Shown piece by piece: positions 25,012 to 37,600 of a stretch of DNA of 64,000 nt. The number at the start of each line of letters is the position of its first letter. Position 1 is the stretch's first letter. Origin of the DNA: Macrostomum lignano (taxonomy: Eukaryota); contig NIVC01000888.1 in the NCBI GenBank assembly GCA_002269645.1, positions 92,495-156,494 of the forward strand. Direction: 5' to 3'. The position numbers and the translations under genes were made by a program. The notes under the pieces are model-generated. The model was not told where the DNA came from. It was given only the letters and a program-made list of their open reading frames with translations, and searched no databases.

Positions 25012-25754
25012 TGCCAGTTTCAAGCTGACGTTGGTTTCATACAATTCAGTATATTATTACTAACTATAATTACTAGTAAAATTACTAACCATACATATCG
25101 GATTTCAACTCAAGACTAACTCTACTTGTTACCCTACTTGCAGCCTTCCTGTCTCTCCTCTCCCATATCTACCTCTGTCTCTATTATAATTTCTAATAGT
25201 CAGAGCCAATCTATTAATGGTAGCCCATGAACTGCAGGTAGACTCTTCTCTGCTCCCTGTCTCTATCTGCCTTCCTATCAAACTGATTGGAATCTATTAT
25301 TTTTTACTCAAAGCAACTCACACCTATACACTAAGCCATGGTTTATAGCCCTCTTCACGTCAAATTTCCTGGGCACTGAGCAGCTGCCATATTGTGCTAG
25401 GCAAGTCAACTGACTGATTGAGCGGTATTGTAATCTGTGGTTGAGCTGGCTGACGGAGGCAGGTGGGAGCCAGTTGCTATGCCCTCATCATTTGAAGCGA
25501 TTAAAATTGAGCTAAGATTTTGCATTTTTGTTAAAAATCTTGATGAACAAAGCGGCATGTGATTCACCCACACATTCTTGCCGTTCTCCAAACGTTTTCC
25601 AAAAAGCTGAAGAAATTATGTGACTGACTTATTAATTAATCATATGGGATTGCCTGCATGCTGCAGCAAAACTCGGTTTTGGAATGCTATTTTTAGCATC
25701 TCTGATGTGACTGCAACATGATCTGACATATGGATAGCTTTATTTTGAAATCAC

Positions 25755-26550
25755 TGGCACTCGCACTCGCACTGACGCTCGCACTGACACTCGCACTGAC
25801 GCTCGTACTGACACTCGCACTGACACTCGCACTGACACTCGCGCTGACAATCGCACTGACACTCGCACTCACACTGACACTCGCACTGACACTCGCACTG
25901 ACACTCGCACTGACACTCGCGCTGACAATCGCACTGACACTCGCACTCACACTGACACTCGCACTGACACTCGCACTGACACTCGCGCTGACACTCGCAC
26001 TGACACTCGCACTGACACTCGCACTGACACTCGCACTCGCACTCGCACTGACAATCGCACTGACACTCGCACTGACACTCGCACTGACACTCGCACTGAC
26101 ACTCGCACTGACACTCGCACTGACACTCGCACTGACACTCGCACTGACACTCGCACTGACAATCGCACTGACACTCGCACTGACACTCGCACTGACACTC
26201 GCACTGACACTCGCACTGACAATCGCACTGACACTCGCACTGACACTCGCACTGACACTCGCACTGACACTCGCACTGACACTCGCACTGACACTCGCAC
26301 TGACGCTCGCACTGACACTCGCACTGACACTCGCACTGACACTCGCACTGACACTCGCACTGACACTCGCACTGACACTCGCACTGACACTCGCACTGAC
26401 ACTCGCACTGACACTCGCACTGACACTCGCACTGACACTCGCACTGACACTCGCACTGACACTCGCACTCGCACTCGCACTGACACTCGCACTGACACTC
26501 GCACTGACACTCGCACTGACAATCGCACTGACAATCGCACTGACACTCGC
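25755..26550. repeat. 12-bp minisatellite (GCACTGACACTC)
   Basis: About 65 units; source of the SASV / LTLA / CQCE ORFs. Confidence 0.96.
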
Positions 26551-28039
26551 ACTGGCGTGATTTAGGCTCAAGGAGGACCCCAAGGCGCAAAGTTTACGCA
26601 CTTGGCCTGAGGATGAGAAAATCAAGGTAAATTGTAACAACATTCGTGCGTGTGCGTGCTCACGGACGTGCGGGATGTGCTCAGAAGTTAAAGGCAGCAT
26701 CCACAGCCTCCTGCAGAATGTTCAAGTACGTCCTATCTAAACGACTGAGACCTATGCATGTAGGGAGAAAGTTCGATTTTGTGTCATGTGAGAATTCAAA
26801 GTGAGACTGGAAAACTCCACGTACCCAGTGTAAACTTTTTAATAGTCATCAATCAGAGGAGCCAGTGCAACAACTCAACTAAGTTAGTTATTCATGGAGA
26901 GTCTGCATGTCAGTTCTACATCACTCTTAAAATGTTGCTCGTGCTATCGCTGCGCAGTACAGGCTGCAGGGAGCGATGGAGCTTCGACATCTTTTCCATC
27001 TTTAATCTAAGAAAGTATTCCCACAGATTTGGAGCAGGACTGATTGCCGAAACCCCGAGGGGTTGACAATCCCTCTTTCCTAAATATAAACAAAAACACT
27101 AATCGCATTTTCTTCTGGAAGAGACGCGGCATCTGTCAGGTTACTGGTCACTTTTTAGCAATACAATGTGATAGGAATTTTCGTTGCAAATCGAGCTGCG
27201 CTTACCAATCACAATGCAGAGCTGGATGCAGAGAGTCTTGGACATCGTGTAGTCTCAATGGGCTGATTTTACCTGCCAAAAAATTATAATTGGAATAATT
27301 AGTCTCAAGCAGTTAACTGGAAAACTGAGAGTATTTCTTCGGGACTCAAGCAAAATCTGGAGGTCGGGAAGAGTTCCGCCCAAGTTAAAGCAGCAGAAAA
27401 CTCATTAGTCAGATGACATTCTGACATGACTTGGAGGAATGCTCCTTCCCCCCCCCCAGAAATCCAAGAGTCGAAAGTGAGCACGAAGCTTTGAGTAAAC
27501 TAACAGCGCTTCGGAGCCGGGTCCGGATCCAGCGCGATCTTAATCTCCGGAACCCTCACTGCGACGCGGTCAATTTGCTTTGCTTACCAAACTTTCTTGA
27601 CCGGTAATTTTCCAATCGTGTCGCTCGGCGATGCAGGAAGTCCTCGAGGGAATTCAACGCAAATAAGGAGACGAATGTCAAAGCGCGCGCAAGTATGAAG
27701 TCGGTTATTTCTTGGCTCGGGATGGCAGCGAATCTTCCCCGCGGAGCGGCCGACGGATTTATGCGCCACCAGGAGGCTGGCCATAGGGGTCCCTATTGGC
27801 CACGGGCCTACTCAGCTGAATGGATGAAGAGCTGGCTGTTCAGCCAATGCATATGAATCAGCCTACAGTCGCTCACAGCTGCGCGGTTTGCAAATCAGAC
27901 TGCAGCCAAAACATGAACAATGAGCAGGTCACGAGTATACTACTGTTGAGATAAAAAAGTAGCCATTATTGAAAAATTCATCCACTTTTTAAGAAGCATC
28001 CTAGTTCCTTATAAGCTTCGTTGTTAGTCCACAGGGAGC

Positions 28040-28210
28040 ATTCCGCTGAGACCCCTGAGCACGAACACGCGAGTGGGCACGCGCTCACGCTGGGTGTACA
28101 GTGGGCTTGACTATAGCCCCAAATTAATGCGGACGCACAATGAAGATACGAACCCGGGTACTTTGGCTCCAGTTTCGGACCATGCGATAACATTTGAGCC
28201 ACAGAGCTAT
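28040..28210 (-). mobile_element. tRNA-derived SINE-like element
   Basis: Minus strand: A-box-like TGGCTCAAATG, B-box-like GGGTTCGTATC, then the shared CATTAATTTGGGGCT core. Confidence 0.55.
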
Positions 28211-28886
28211 TTATGATCCCCATCGGTATAAAATTCACTCACCAGCACAGATAAGAGTTCGCTACGTATTGAAAATCATAATCATAAATTAAACCATACA
28301 ATCATTACAAGAAGTTCACATTTCAACAGCTGACGGTGTTATTAACAGTTTTATGGTTCCGGTATATCAAAAATCATTCTGAATTTACGCAAAAATCTAA
28401 CCTTTTTAAAAAACCGTTTATCTATTTCGACTTTTAAAATCACATAATAATTTCATCTCAAATCCGAACTCAGTTATGGCTTGTTTTAACTACTACGTAC
28501 GCACTACGTGTACGGAGTCGAGAGAGAGAAAAGAAGTAATGATGACAAGCGAGTGCGTACGTAACCAATGCACGCACATTCATAGTCACATGACTTGTTC
28601 ACCCGAGGGATTCTATTTTTAGCGCGTGTACAGGAGTCTATTGATCGGTTCTCTCCGCGGACGAACTGGTTTAGAAATTTCTAGAAAGCGTGAGCGACGC
28701 AAAGTGCTCTGCGCTGTGTTGTGCACCGCCAGTTTGCTTGCGTTTCCGTCTCTCCGATAAGAATTCATATAAGAGGCCTAAGTCAAGAGCAAGCCAACGC
28801 AGCTTTTGTATCGACACAAAAAACGCAACTACAACCAACTTTCACTCTTTTGCAAGCAAAGCTCTGCTAATCTTTGGCATCGAGAA

Positions 28887-31204
28887 ATGGCCCACGGAGG
28901 TGCAACAAGTCAGTGCTTTCAAATCATGAAAGCTGGCTGGCTGCTCAGACAGAGTAAGTCAACTACGAATACGCTTGCTTTTTTCATTTATAATCCATAG
29001 AAATAAAGACTTTCCGTGACAATATTTGCGTTCTCCGGGATTTTATTTGGTAATATTCAATAATATACCGCAAAGTCTTAATGTCTATGGTTTATACGAG
29101 ATTACACATGCCTTTTTCGGGAGTTATTTTCATAAATCCCTCGGGCCTGACTCATGTTTAATCTGATACAGAATGCTAAATTTTTGTTTGTTTGTTGGCT
29201 TGTATTGGTTTGAACTATAGACTATAGATATGGTAAAATTTTGAAGCTGAAGCCTGAAGGAGTCGGTAGACAGCAGTGATCTACTGAGGAGAGTCGGTAG
29301 ACAGCAGTGATCTACTGAGGGGAGTCGGTAGACAGCAGTGATCTACTGAGGGGAGTCGGTAGACAGCAGTGATCTACTGAGGAGAGTCGGTAGACAGCAG
29401 TGATCTACTGAGGAGAGTCGGTAGACAGCAGTGATCTACTGAGGAGAGTCGGTAGACAGCAGTGATCTACTGAGGGGAGTCGGTAGACAGCAGTGATCTA
29501 CTGAGGGGAGTCGGTAGACGGCAGTGATCTACTGAGGAGAGTCGGTAGACAGCAGTGATCTACTGAGGGGAGTCGGTAGACAGCAGTGATCTACTGAGGG
29601 GAGTCGGTAGACAGCAGTGATCTACTGAGGAGAGTCGGTAGACAGCAGTGATCTACTGAGGAGAGTCGGTAGACAGCAGTGATCTACTGAGGAGAGTCGG
29701 TAGACAGCAGTGATCTACTGAGGAGAGTCGGTAGACAGCAGTGATCTACTGAGGAGAGTCGGTAGACAGCAGTGATCTACTGAGGAGAGTCGGTAGACAG
29801 CAGTGATCTACTGAGGAGAGTCGGTAGACAGCAGTGATCTACTGAGGAGAGTCGGTAGACAGCAGTGATCTACTGAGGAGAGTCGGTAGACAGCAGTGAT
29901 CTACTGAGGAGAGTCGGTAGACAGCAGTGATCTACTGAGGAGAGTCGGTAGACAGCAGTGATCTACTGAGGGGAGTCGGTAGACAGCAGTGATCTACTGA
30001 GGAGAGTCGGTAGACAGCAGTGATCTACTGAGGGAGTCGGTAGACAGCAGTGATCTACTGAGGAGAGTCGGTAGACAGCAGTGATCTACTGAGGAGAGTC
30101 GGTAGACAGCTGTAATCTACTGAGGAGAGTCGGTAGACAGCAGTGATCTACTGAGGAGAGTCGGTAGACAGCTGTAATCTACTGAGGAGAGTCGGTAGAC
30201 AGCAGTGATCTACTGAGGAGAGTCGGTAGACAGCAGTGATCTACTGAGGAGAGTCGGTAGACAGCTGTAATCTACTGAGGAGAGTCGGTAGACAGCAGTG
30301 ATCTACTGTGGAGAGTCGGTAGACAGCTGTAATCTACTGAGGGGAGTCGGTAGACAGCAGTGATCTACTGAGGAGACTCGGAGTCGGTAGACAGCTGTAA
30401 TCTACTGAGGGGAGTCGGTAGACAGCTGTAATCTACTGAGGAGAGTCGGTAGACAGCAGTGATCTACTGAGGAGAGTCGGTAGACAGCAGTGATCTACTG
30501 AGGAGAGTCGGAGTCGGTAGACAGCTGTAAGCAACATTTAAAGCGCTGCTTTACGTTCATTGGCAGGCGACATCCTTCACCGTTGGAAGAAATGCTGGAC
30601 GGTAATCTACGCCAACGGCGACTTAAAGTACTTCGAATCGCCAGACAAGCTGATCGCCGAAGAGACCCTCTCCATCCCTGTGGAGGTGCAGGGCACAATG
30701 CGCGGCGAGGCCTGCCGGGTCAGCCCGCCGGACGGTCGGCCCTACGCCGCTGTATTCGCTTTGTCCACGCCGGACAAAACTTGGCGCTTCTGCGCCGACG
30801 ATCCGGACGATGCGGACGCCTGGCTGCTGACGCTTGAGGAGGCGCGTCAGGCCAGACCGGCATCGGCGCCGCTGCCGCAGCAGTACCATCAGTACAGGCA
30901 GTACCAGCAGCCGCCTCCGCCGCCTCCGTACAGTCAGTACGGCTACGGGCCTCAGCCGGCTAATCAGGGACAGTACCAGTCGCAGCGGGTAATCTACGTT
31001 GAGAACGGCTGCAACGTGCCGGCAAAGGTAATCTATCACCCGGACGGCAATACTGTGGTCGTCTACGAGGATGGCCGGCCGCCGTTCTGCCATCGGCACA
31101 GCTGCTACGGCTGTCGGTCGTGCTGCGCCGGCGACGCGGCTCTGGGATTCGCGGCCGGAGCGCTGCTGTTCTCTCCGTTTCTCTGGTGGCCGATGTGGTG
31201 TTAA
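28887..31204 (+). CDS. PLEKHB2: PH-domain tail-anchored protein, evectin / PLEKHB family
   Basis: Exons 28887-28953 and 30567-31204 (phase 1): MKAGWLLRQSDILHRWKKCW...PPDGR...CADDPDDADAW. A Pro/Gln/Tyr-rich linker follows, then C-terminal hydrophobic DAALGFAAGALLFSPFLWWPMWC, matching the PLEKHB1/2 architecture. It cannot be assigned to B1 or B2 specifically. Confidence 0.85.
29258..30528. repeat. 31-bp satellite filling the PLEKHB intron
   Basis: Unit GAGGAGAGTCGGTAGACAGCAGTGATCTACT, about 40 copies. Confidence 0.97.
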
Positions 31205-31489
31205 GCCAATGCAGCACTAAGCGCGTGTGTATAAAAACATTGAAATTTTATTCCTATTGCACACAAAGTCTATTCATGCTTTCGTTGCTTTTCTTGTGCT
31301 TAGTACTCGTATTTGTTTAATGTTGCATTAATCTTATGCATAATCTCGGAAGATCCTACTAGCTTGTTTGCATAAAAACAATCAACTAAAAAAGAAATTC
31401 CCGACGAATTTTTTGTTACAGCGTTAAAGCAAGTAAGCTTAAATCACCTTCTACCCCTTTTTAGCAAGGCCCCCTCACGCACATCACCC

Positions 31490-32285
31490 TTACGCCAGGC
31501 CCTCACCCCTCAAACCCATGCCAACACACCCGTCTGACGCCAGGCCCCTTTCTCAAACCCATTCATGCACACTCACCTCACGCCACGCTTCTTTCCTTAC
31601 CCCTAAAACCCATGCCAACACACCCGTCTGACGCCAGGCCCCTTTCTCAAACCCATTCATGCACACCCACCTCACGCCACGCTTCTTTCTTTACCCCTCA
31701 AAGCCATGCCAACACACCCGTCTGACGCCAGGCCCCTTTCTCAAACCCATTCATGCACACCCACCTCACGCCACGCTTCTTTCTTTACCCCTCAAACCCA
31801 TGCCAACACACCCGTCTGACGCCAGGCCCCTTTCTCAAACCCATTCATGCACACCCACCTCACGCCACGCTTCTTTCTTTACCCCTCAAAGCCATGCCAA
31901 CACACCCGTCTGACGCCAGGCCCCTTTCTCAAACCCATTCATGCACACCCACCTCACGCCACGCTTCTTTCTTTACCCCTCAAACCCGTGCCAACACACC
32001 CGTCTGACGCCAGGCCCCTTTCTCAAACCCATTCATGCACACCCACCTCACGCCACGCTTCTTTCTTTACCCCTCAAACCCGTGCCAACACACCCGTCTG
32101 ACGCCAGGCCCCTTTCTCAAACCCATTCATGCACACCCACCTCACGCCACGCTTCTTTCTTTACCCCTCAAACCCATGCCAACACACCCGTCTGACGCCA
32201 GGCCCCTTTCTCAAACCCATTCATGCACACCCACCTCACGCCACGCTTCTTTCCTTACCCCTCAAACCCATTCCCGCACACACAC
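31490..32285. repeat. 94-bp tandem repeat
   Basis: ORFs recur at 94-bp offsets (31659, 31753, 31847, 31941, 32035, 32129, 32223). Confidence 0.96.
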
Positions 32286-34607
32286 CTCACATCAAGCTTT
32301 CAAACCCTCAAACCTCAAAGGAAGCTCACACCAGAGTTCTATCCGAACCACTGCCTCGCGCCCGCATCTCATCCTGTCTTAATTCTCATCTATCTATCCT
32401 GCAGTGCAAGAGCACTTAGTTTGCCGACGGCCGCCTTCCGATCCGAGCAAAGAGTGCAGAGGTAGTGTACTAAAGTATCAAACAAAATTTTCAGCAATCA
32501 TTTATTTTTCCGGTTCATACAAATTTATACTGATTACAACTAGATACTGGTAGAATTGCGATTTTATCTGTTGTATTCGAATATTTTGCTTCATTTAAGC
32601 CTAAAACGGTATTTACCAACAGCTTTTCATTAACGATACTTGCGTAGTTGCTGTTTTATTTTCATTTTCATTATTTAAAACTATATATAGCTTCATTTAT
32701 GTACTGGTTTTCCATTGATTTCTTTCCCCAATATGTCGAAGGTGTCTGTGTGATATAAATATTTATCAAATATAAACTACGAGTATTTTTAAAAATTAAT
32801 TATCAAACAATAATGAATGCTTATTAATCATTTATTAGAGGCAGAAAATCAAGAGCGGCTTATGCCAAGTGTGCAGAACACCTGAAATATTTGAGACACA
32901 AAGGAGAATTCGCTTACTGTTGGTTAACAATAGCAAGATAACAGGATTCGAAAATCAGTTGCTACTCTGTAAATTGAAGAAAAAAGATACACAAGCACAT
33001 TGAGACAGTGGCACAACAGCATCCGTGTTACTTTGCAGTGATAAAATAGTTATGAATTCATTTTATCGGAATGTTAGGCATTGAAGCAACGGGGTTGGGC
33101 TAACTACTTGAGTCTTTGCAGTATAGTTAGACTGGGTCGTTTTAAAAAAAGTTAATTTACAAGGACATTCAGCAAGCAAGGTTTCTCATCGACAATTACA
33201 CCATATCCGAATTTGAAACAATGGTCGTCTAGATTAAACAAAATCACGATATTTTGTAACTGCTTCAAGTGTACCCAACCTGTACTGTGGCGAAGTAAAG
33301 TCAGTTCGGTAATATTGTAACTTAGCTACTATATTACAGTACAAGTAGTATAGTGAGCGGTCTGCGTGCTGCAGATTGAATTTTGTGAAATCACAGAAAT
33401 TGCAAGAAGAAAAATCTGTGCAAAAATTATTATCAGAGAAACTATAAAGACTTTAAAGCTCACTTAACGCCAAGTCCGGAACGGACAATGCGTTCGTTTG
33501 CTCTGTCGTTACGTATAGCTAACTTAGTAGGAAAAGTACACTCGGTGCTCGATCACAACATTTATGAAAGCAAGATCAAAGATTAACTCTATTCTCAAGA
33601 TGGGACCAACTCTTTTATTGCTTGCTTTGTGTAACTCTTGCATCTGCGAGATCAAAGGGATTCACAAAAACTGTACATATTCGCCCCGACCGCTGAGAAT
33701 GTCTATGGTCAAAAGCCCATTGCTGCCTATGACCTTCATTTGTGTCTGATGATAAACAATATGTTGGTTTGGTGTTAAAAATTAAAGGGCTGGGAAGACT
33801 AAGTTTTAAACTAATTTATCAACCTCAATAACTAATAGAATTCACAGAAGAATAATTTACCAGTTTTTGAGGAACCTTCAACCGCAGTTCCCATTGCTGC
33901 GGGGTAAAATGCGACCCATTTCGAGAACAGAGTCGCTGCAGACTAAAGAGACTAGCTGATGATAGAAACGTTCGATCTACAATCAGGCCACCAGTAACAG
34001 CATGCCGCAAATGGCTGATTAAAAATAGAATTGAACAAGAATCGAGTGACACCATTAGGCGAGCACGGTACAAGCACTAAAATCATCTACGCTTTTTGAC
34101 AGTATAGAAGGAAAACAACAATACGAGCGTATAACAAAAAATTGCTGTTAGTTATCCATAGCTCGTAGACCAGAGGCAAAAAATAAGTGCTATTAATTAT
34201 GGACGGAGCTCAGAGTATTTTCAGTTGTTTGATTAATTATAATATTAAATTCAATTCCGAACACATTCGATCATATTTGGCCGGTTTTTGCTCAAATATT
34301 CGAAATAAAACCTCAGTTTTGTCTATGATAAGAGCACAACTTTACTACTTGAAGTACAGACGCTGAGACACTGTCAATGAAGTGCTAAAAACTTAGTACC
34401 TCCCATCTTACCAATGCATTTTGCACCGAAAACCCGCCTCCAGCAATAATCGCACGATTTGCAACTCAAGCGACGTTCTTCTTTTTCTCCATCGGATCGC
34501 ATTGACACCTGAACAGCGTTTTTGTTGGAACCGGGATTTTAGATTATGACTCTACGCGCAACCCATCCCAGCCAAAGGTCCCAGGCTCCATATGCTTCAT
34601 AATCTTC

Positions 34608-37600
34608 TCAGTCATAAAACCCGGCCGACTCAGCGGCAGGCGCCAGCAGCGCCGATGCTTTCTCCAGCTCTCTCGGCGCCGGCTTTGAGCGCGCCGAGCC
34701 GAACATGTCCGCCTCCTCTTCCTCCTCGCCGTCCTCCCTGTCGCGATGGTGCTTCTTCTGCTTCTTCTTCTTCTTGTGCCGTTGCTTCTTGCTCGAGTCG
34801 GCGGCTCGCGGGCTCATGAACTGCTGGCTGGCGTTCAACGAGCCGTTCAGGAAGTCCTCACCGGATGGGGCGCCGCCGATGCCGCCCCTGCTGTCCGGCT
34901 CTCGAATCACTGGCAGGGCAGAGGTGGGAGCGACCGAACCGGCAGCTGCTGCGGCTGCCGAGGCGGCAGCGGCGGCGCCAGGCGCCGGCAACGGCGCAAT
35001 TGTGGCGCCTCTGGCCAGCTTTTCGCACAGCATCTGGACGTGCTTCTTCAGCTTAGCGACGTCCTTGGCTGGCTCCAGCCGACCGGCGCCGCTGACCATC
35101 GCGTCCTACGGGGAGCCGGGGTGTGAAAGCCTCAATGAGGGTGTGAAAGCTTCAATGAGGACGTGAAAGCCTAAACAGGGGGTTTTGTGTACTCTGGCGC
35201 ATCACTTTAAGCGACTTTGTCACACAACCGGCGAGAGAAACATAAGCGCGCGGATACGGACGCAGTCATACGCATAGACACACGCTCATACAGGAGTGTA
35301 CAGCGGCGTTAGACTTTATTTATCGTTAGGCATGTACACTTCACTGTGCCCTGGGAGGGTTGGCCCTCAAGGGCGTTAATTTCATGAGCAGAGCCAATCC
35401 GAGATTCCAATTTAGCCCCAAATTAATGCGACTGCACTTGGAATCGAGCCTGGGCCGCTGGCACACCAGATCGCCGCGCTGGACCACTGGGCTACGGCGC
35501 GTCCTTGTACGGAATTGGATGTCTCGGCGTTTATTATCGACTACAGTCGCTTTGAAAGTAAACTTGGCCTTAAAAGTGTTACGTCATCACTGATGAAGAA
35601 AGAATTCCGATAGAAATTACCTTTGCGCCGCTTCGGCTGAGCCCGGTGCGCAGTAGGTGAGTCAGAGCAGCGTCCAACTGTTCAGCGAGGCCACACTCGG
35701 AAAAATCGTCCAGCTGGTCGCTCAGCACGCTGCCCAGCTGTTCGGCCGGGCCGGCCAGCTGCAGCAACTCGGCCAGGGCGGCCCCGGCGGCGCAGACTCG
35801 CTGGCCGGAGGCTCGCAACGCCTGCCTGGCGGCTTCGGCTTCTTCGGCAAGCGACATGGCCTGCTCGCCGGCGCTTTCCAGCAGCAGGTCGAGGCTCTGC
35901 AGCGGCCCGGCGGTTTTGTCCTTGAATTTGGCCAGCAGCCGCTTCTGCACCGCCCTGCGAATGGGTGAGCAAATGGGGCGGGGGGCAACTACGATGGAGA
36001 CTTCATCATTGTTGAAATGACAGACGAGAATGCTTTCGGAAAATTTCGCCAAATTGCACATTGGCGAGACAGAAAGTTTTCAGTTTTTTAAACACGAAAA
36101 TAGCTATATTTCTCTCTTTCTAGAATCTTCCGAATGGCAAAACAAGCAAATTTGTGTTTTGTCCGAGATGCTCTCACAAGCTTATCAAGAAGTTTTTTCC
36201 TGAAATGCTACCAGAGACCGGCAAGCAAGCAAGGTTGTGGCAAAATTTTTGGTGCTCCTGTCTTTTTAGTGTACTTTTTCTAGGGCTAGAAATTTTTGTT
36301 TATGGCGAAACCATTTGACTCAGGGGCTGTGTAAAAATGTCTTTTCCAAATCAGTTTAGATCTCCTATCTCTCTAAGGCACTTGCAAGGGTAGCATTATT
36401 CTACATGTAATTTAGTTGTCTGTGCATTCTACATTGGCCGATTGTGCTGCCCATAATCAACAACAAGTCAGCGGAGTTCATCGGCACCTGAACTGAGCGG
36501 CCTTCTGTTCCAGCTGAGCGTCCAGGCTGGCCACCCGCTGGCGGCACTCCCAGTGCCAGTCCACCAGTTCGCAGTAGTCCGGCAGCGGCAGCGGGCAGGC
36601 CAGGTTGCAGCGCAACGCGTCGCCATGGTGACCGCGCAGGCGTTGACGCAGCTCGCGCAGAGGCAGCGTCAGCTGGTCGAGACTGTCGCCCTGCAGGCGG
36701 TACTTACTGGCCGTCTGGGAGGCCACCAGAGTCACTGTGGCGCTGTCTGGCAGGTAGCGAAAAGCCACAGCCTGTGTGCAGTGGGATTGATCAAAAGCGG
36801 TACTAATTTGCACTACTGATAGTAGAGAGGTAAATGAAGCTGCAACATGATAGAAAAATTAAGAATTCCCATTTGGAAGTAGTGGATTTAGACACAGAAA
36901 AAGGCAAACAAGTTGATAACTTAGATCGTTACTGTATGGAAGTCACTGTTCAATGAGCTCACAAACTCAACAATGAATAGAAGGAACGATTTAAGTTGTT
37001 CACAGAGACAATAAAAGCCATGCCTATTATGGATAAGTACAGCTGAGGAACGATATACTCAAAATTTACTCTGATGTCTAATTTTCTGAGATCGAGAAGT
37101 TCAACTGATATAGTTTGCATTAATGCTTATGCATTTTTGAATGTAGCGTCCGTTTTTACTTTTAGTTGTCCATAAAACCAATGGCATACAGCATTGTATC
37201 ATTAAGTACAAGCTGGCAATTGCAACACATTTGGTCAAACCTTGCCGTTAGGATTATTTACCTGTCCACCAGGCTCGAGCTCCGGCAGCTGCAGCTCGGG
37301 GAACAGCTGATCAAGCGGCACCGGCGGCTTGTTGAATTCCAGCGTCAGCTTGCAGCGCGCCTGCTTCTCAGGCAGCACCGGCTGGACGCACGCCGCGAAC
37401 GGCAGGTGAATGACGGACTGGACGCACTTTGGCGAGCCGGCCGTGCTGGTGAAAGTGGCCACCACCGTGGCCTGCAGGCTGGCTGGGGCGCAGGCGGTGC
37501 TGTTGGGCCCGACGGAGAACTGCACCTCGGCCTCCAACGGATGCGACGAGTCCACGAAGGAGAATGTGAGGCGAGGCTGCGACACCTGCAACGGCGCCGG

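Noticed and set aside
26566-26626. Possible plus-strand exon (TTTAG|...AAG|GTAAAT) encoding [20 protein letters not shown]
   Set aside because: No partner exons or start could be linked, and equally good minus-strand splice signals overlap it.
32850-34100. Possible pseudogene or TE fragments between PLEKHB and BBS9
   Set aside because: Interrupted frames with no diagnostic residues.
35440-35504. tRNA gene
   Set aside because: A and B boxes are present, but there is no convincing cloverleaf, and it continues into a body shared with other dispersed copies, so it is called a SINE.
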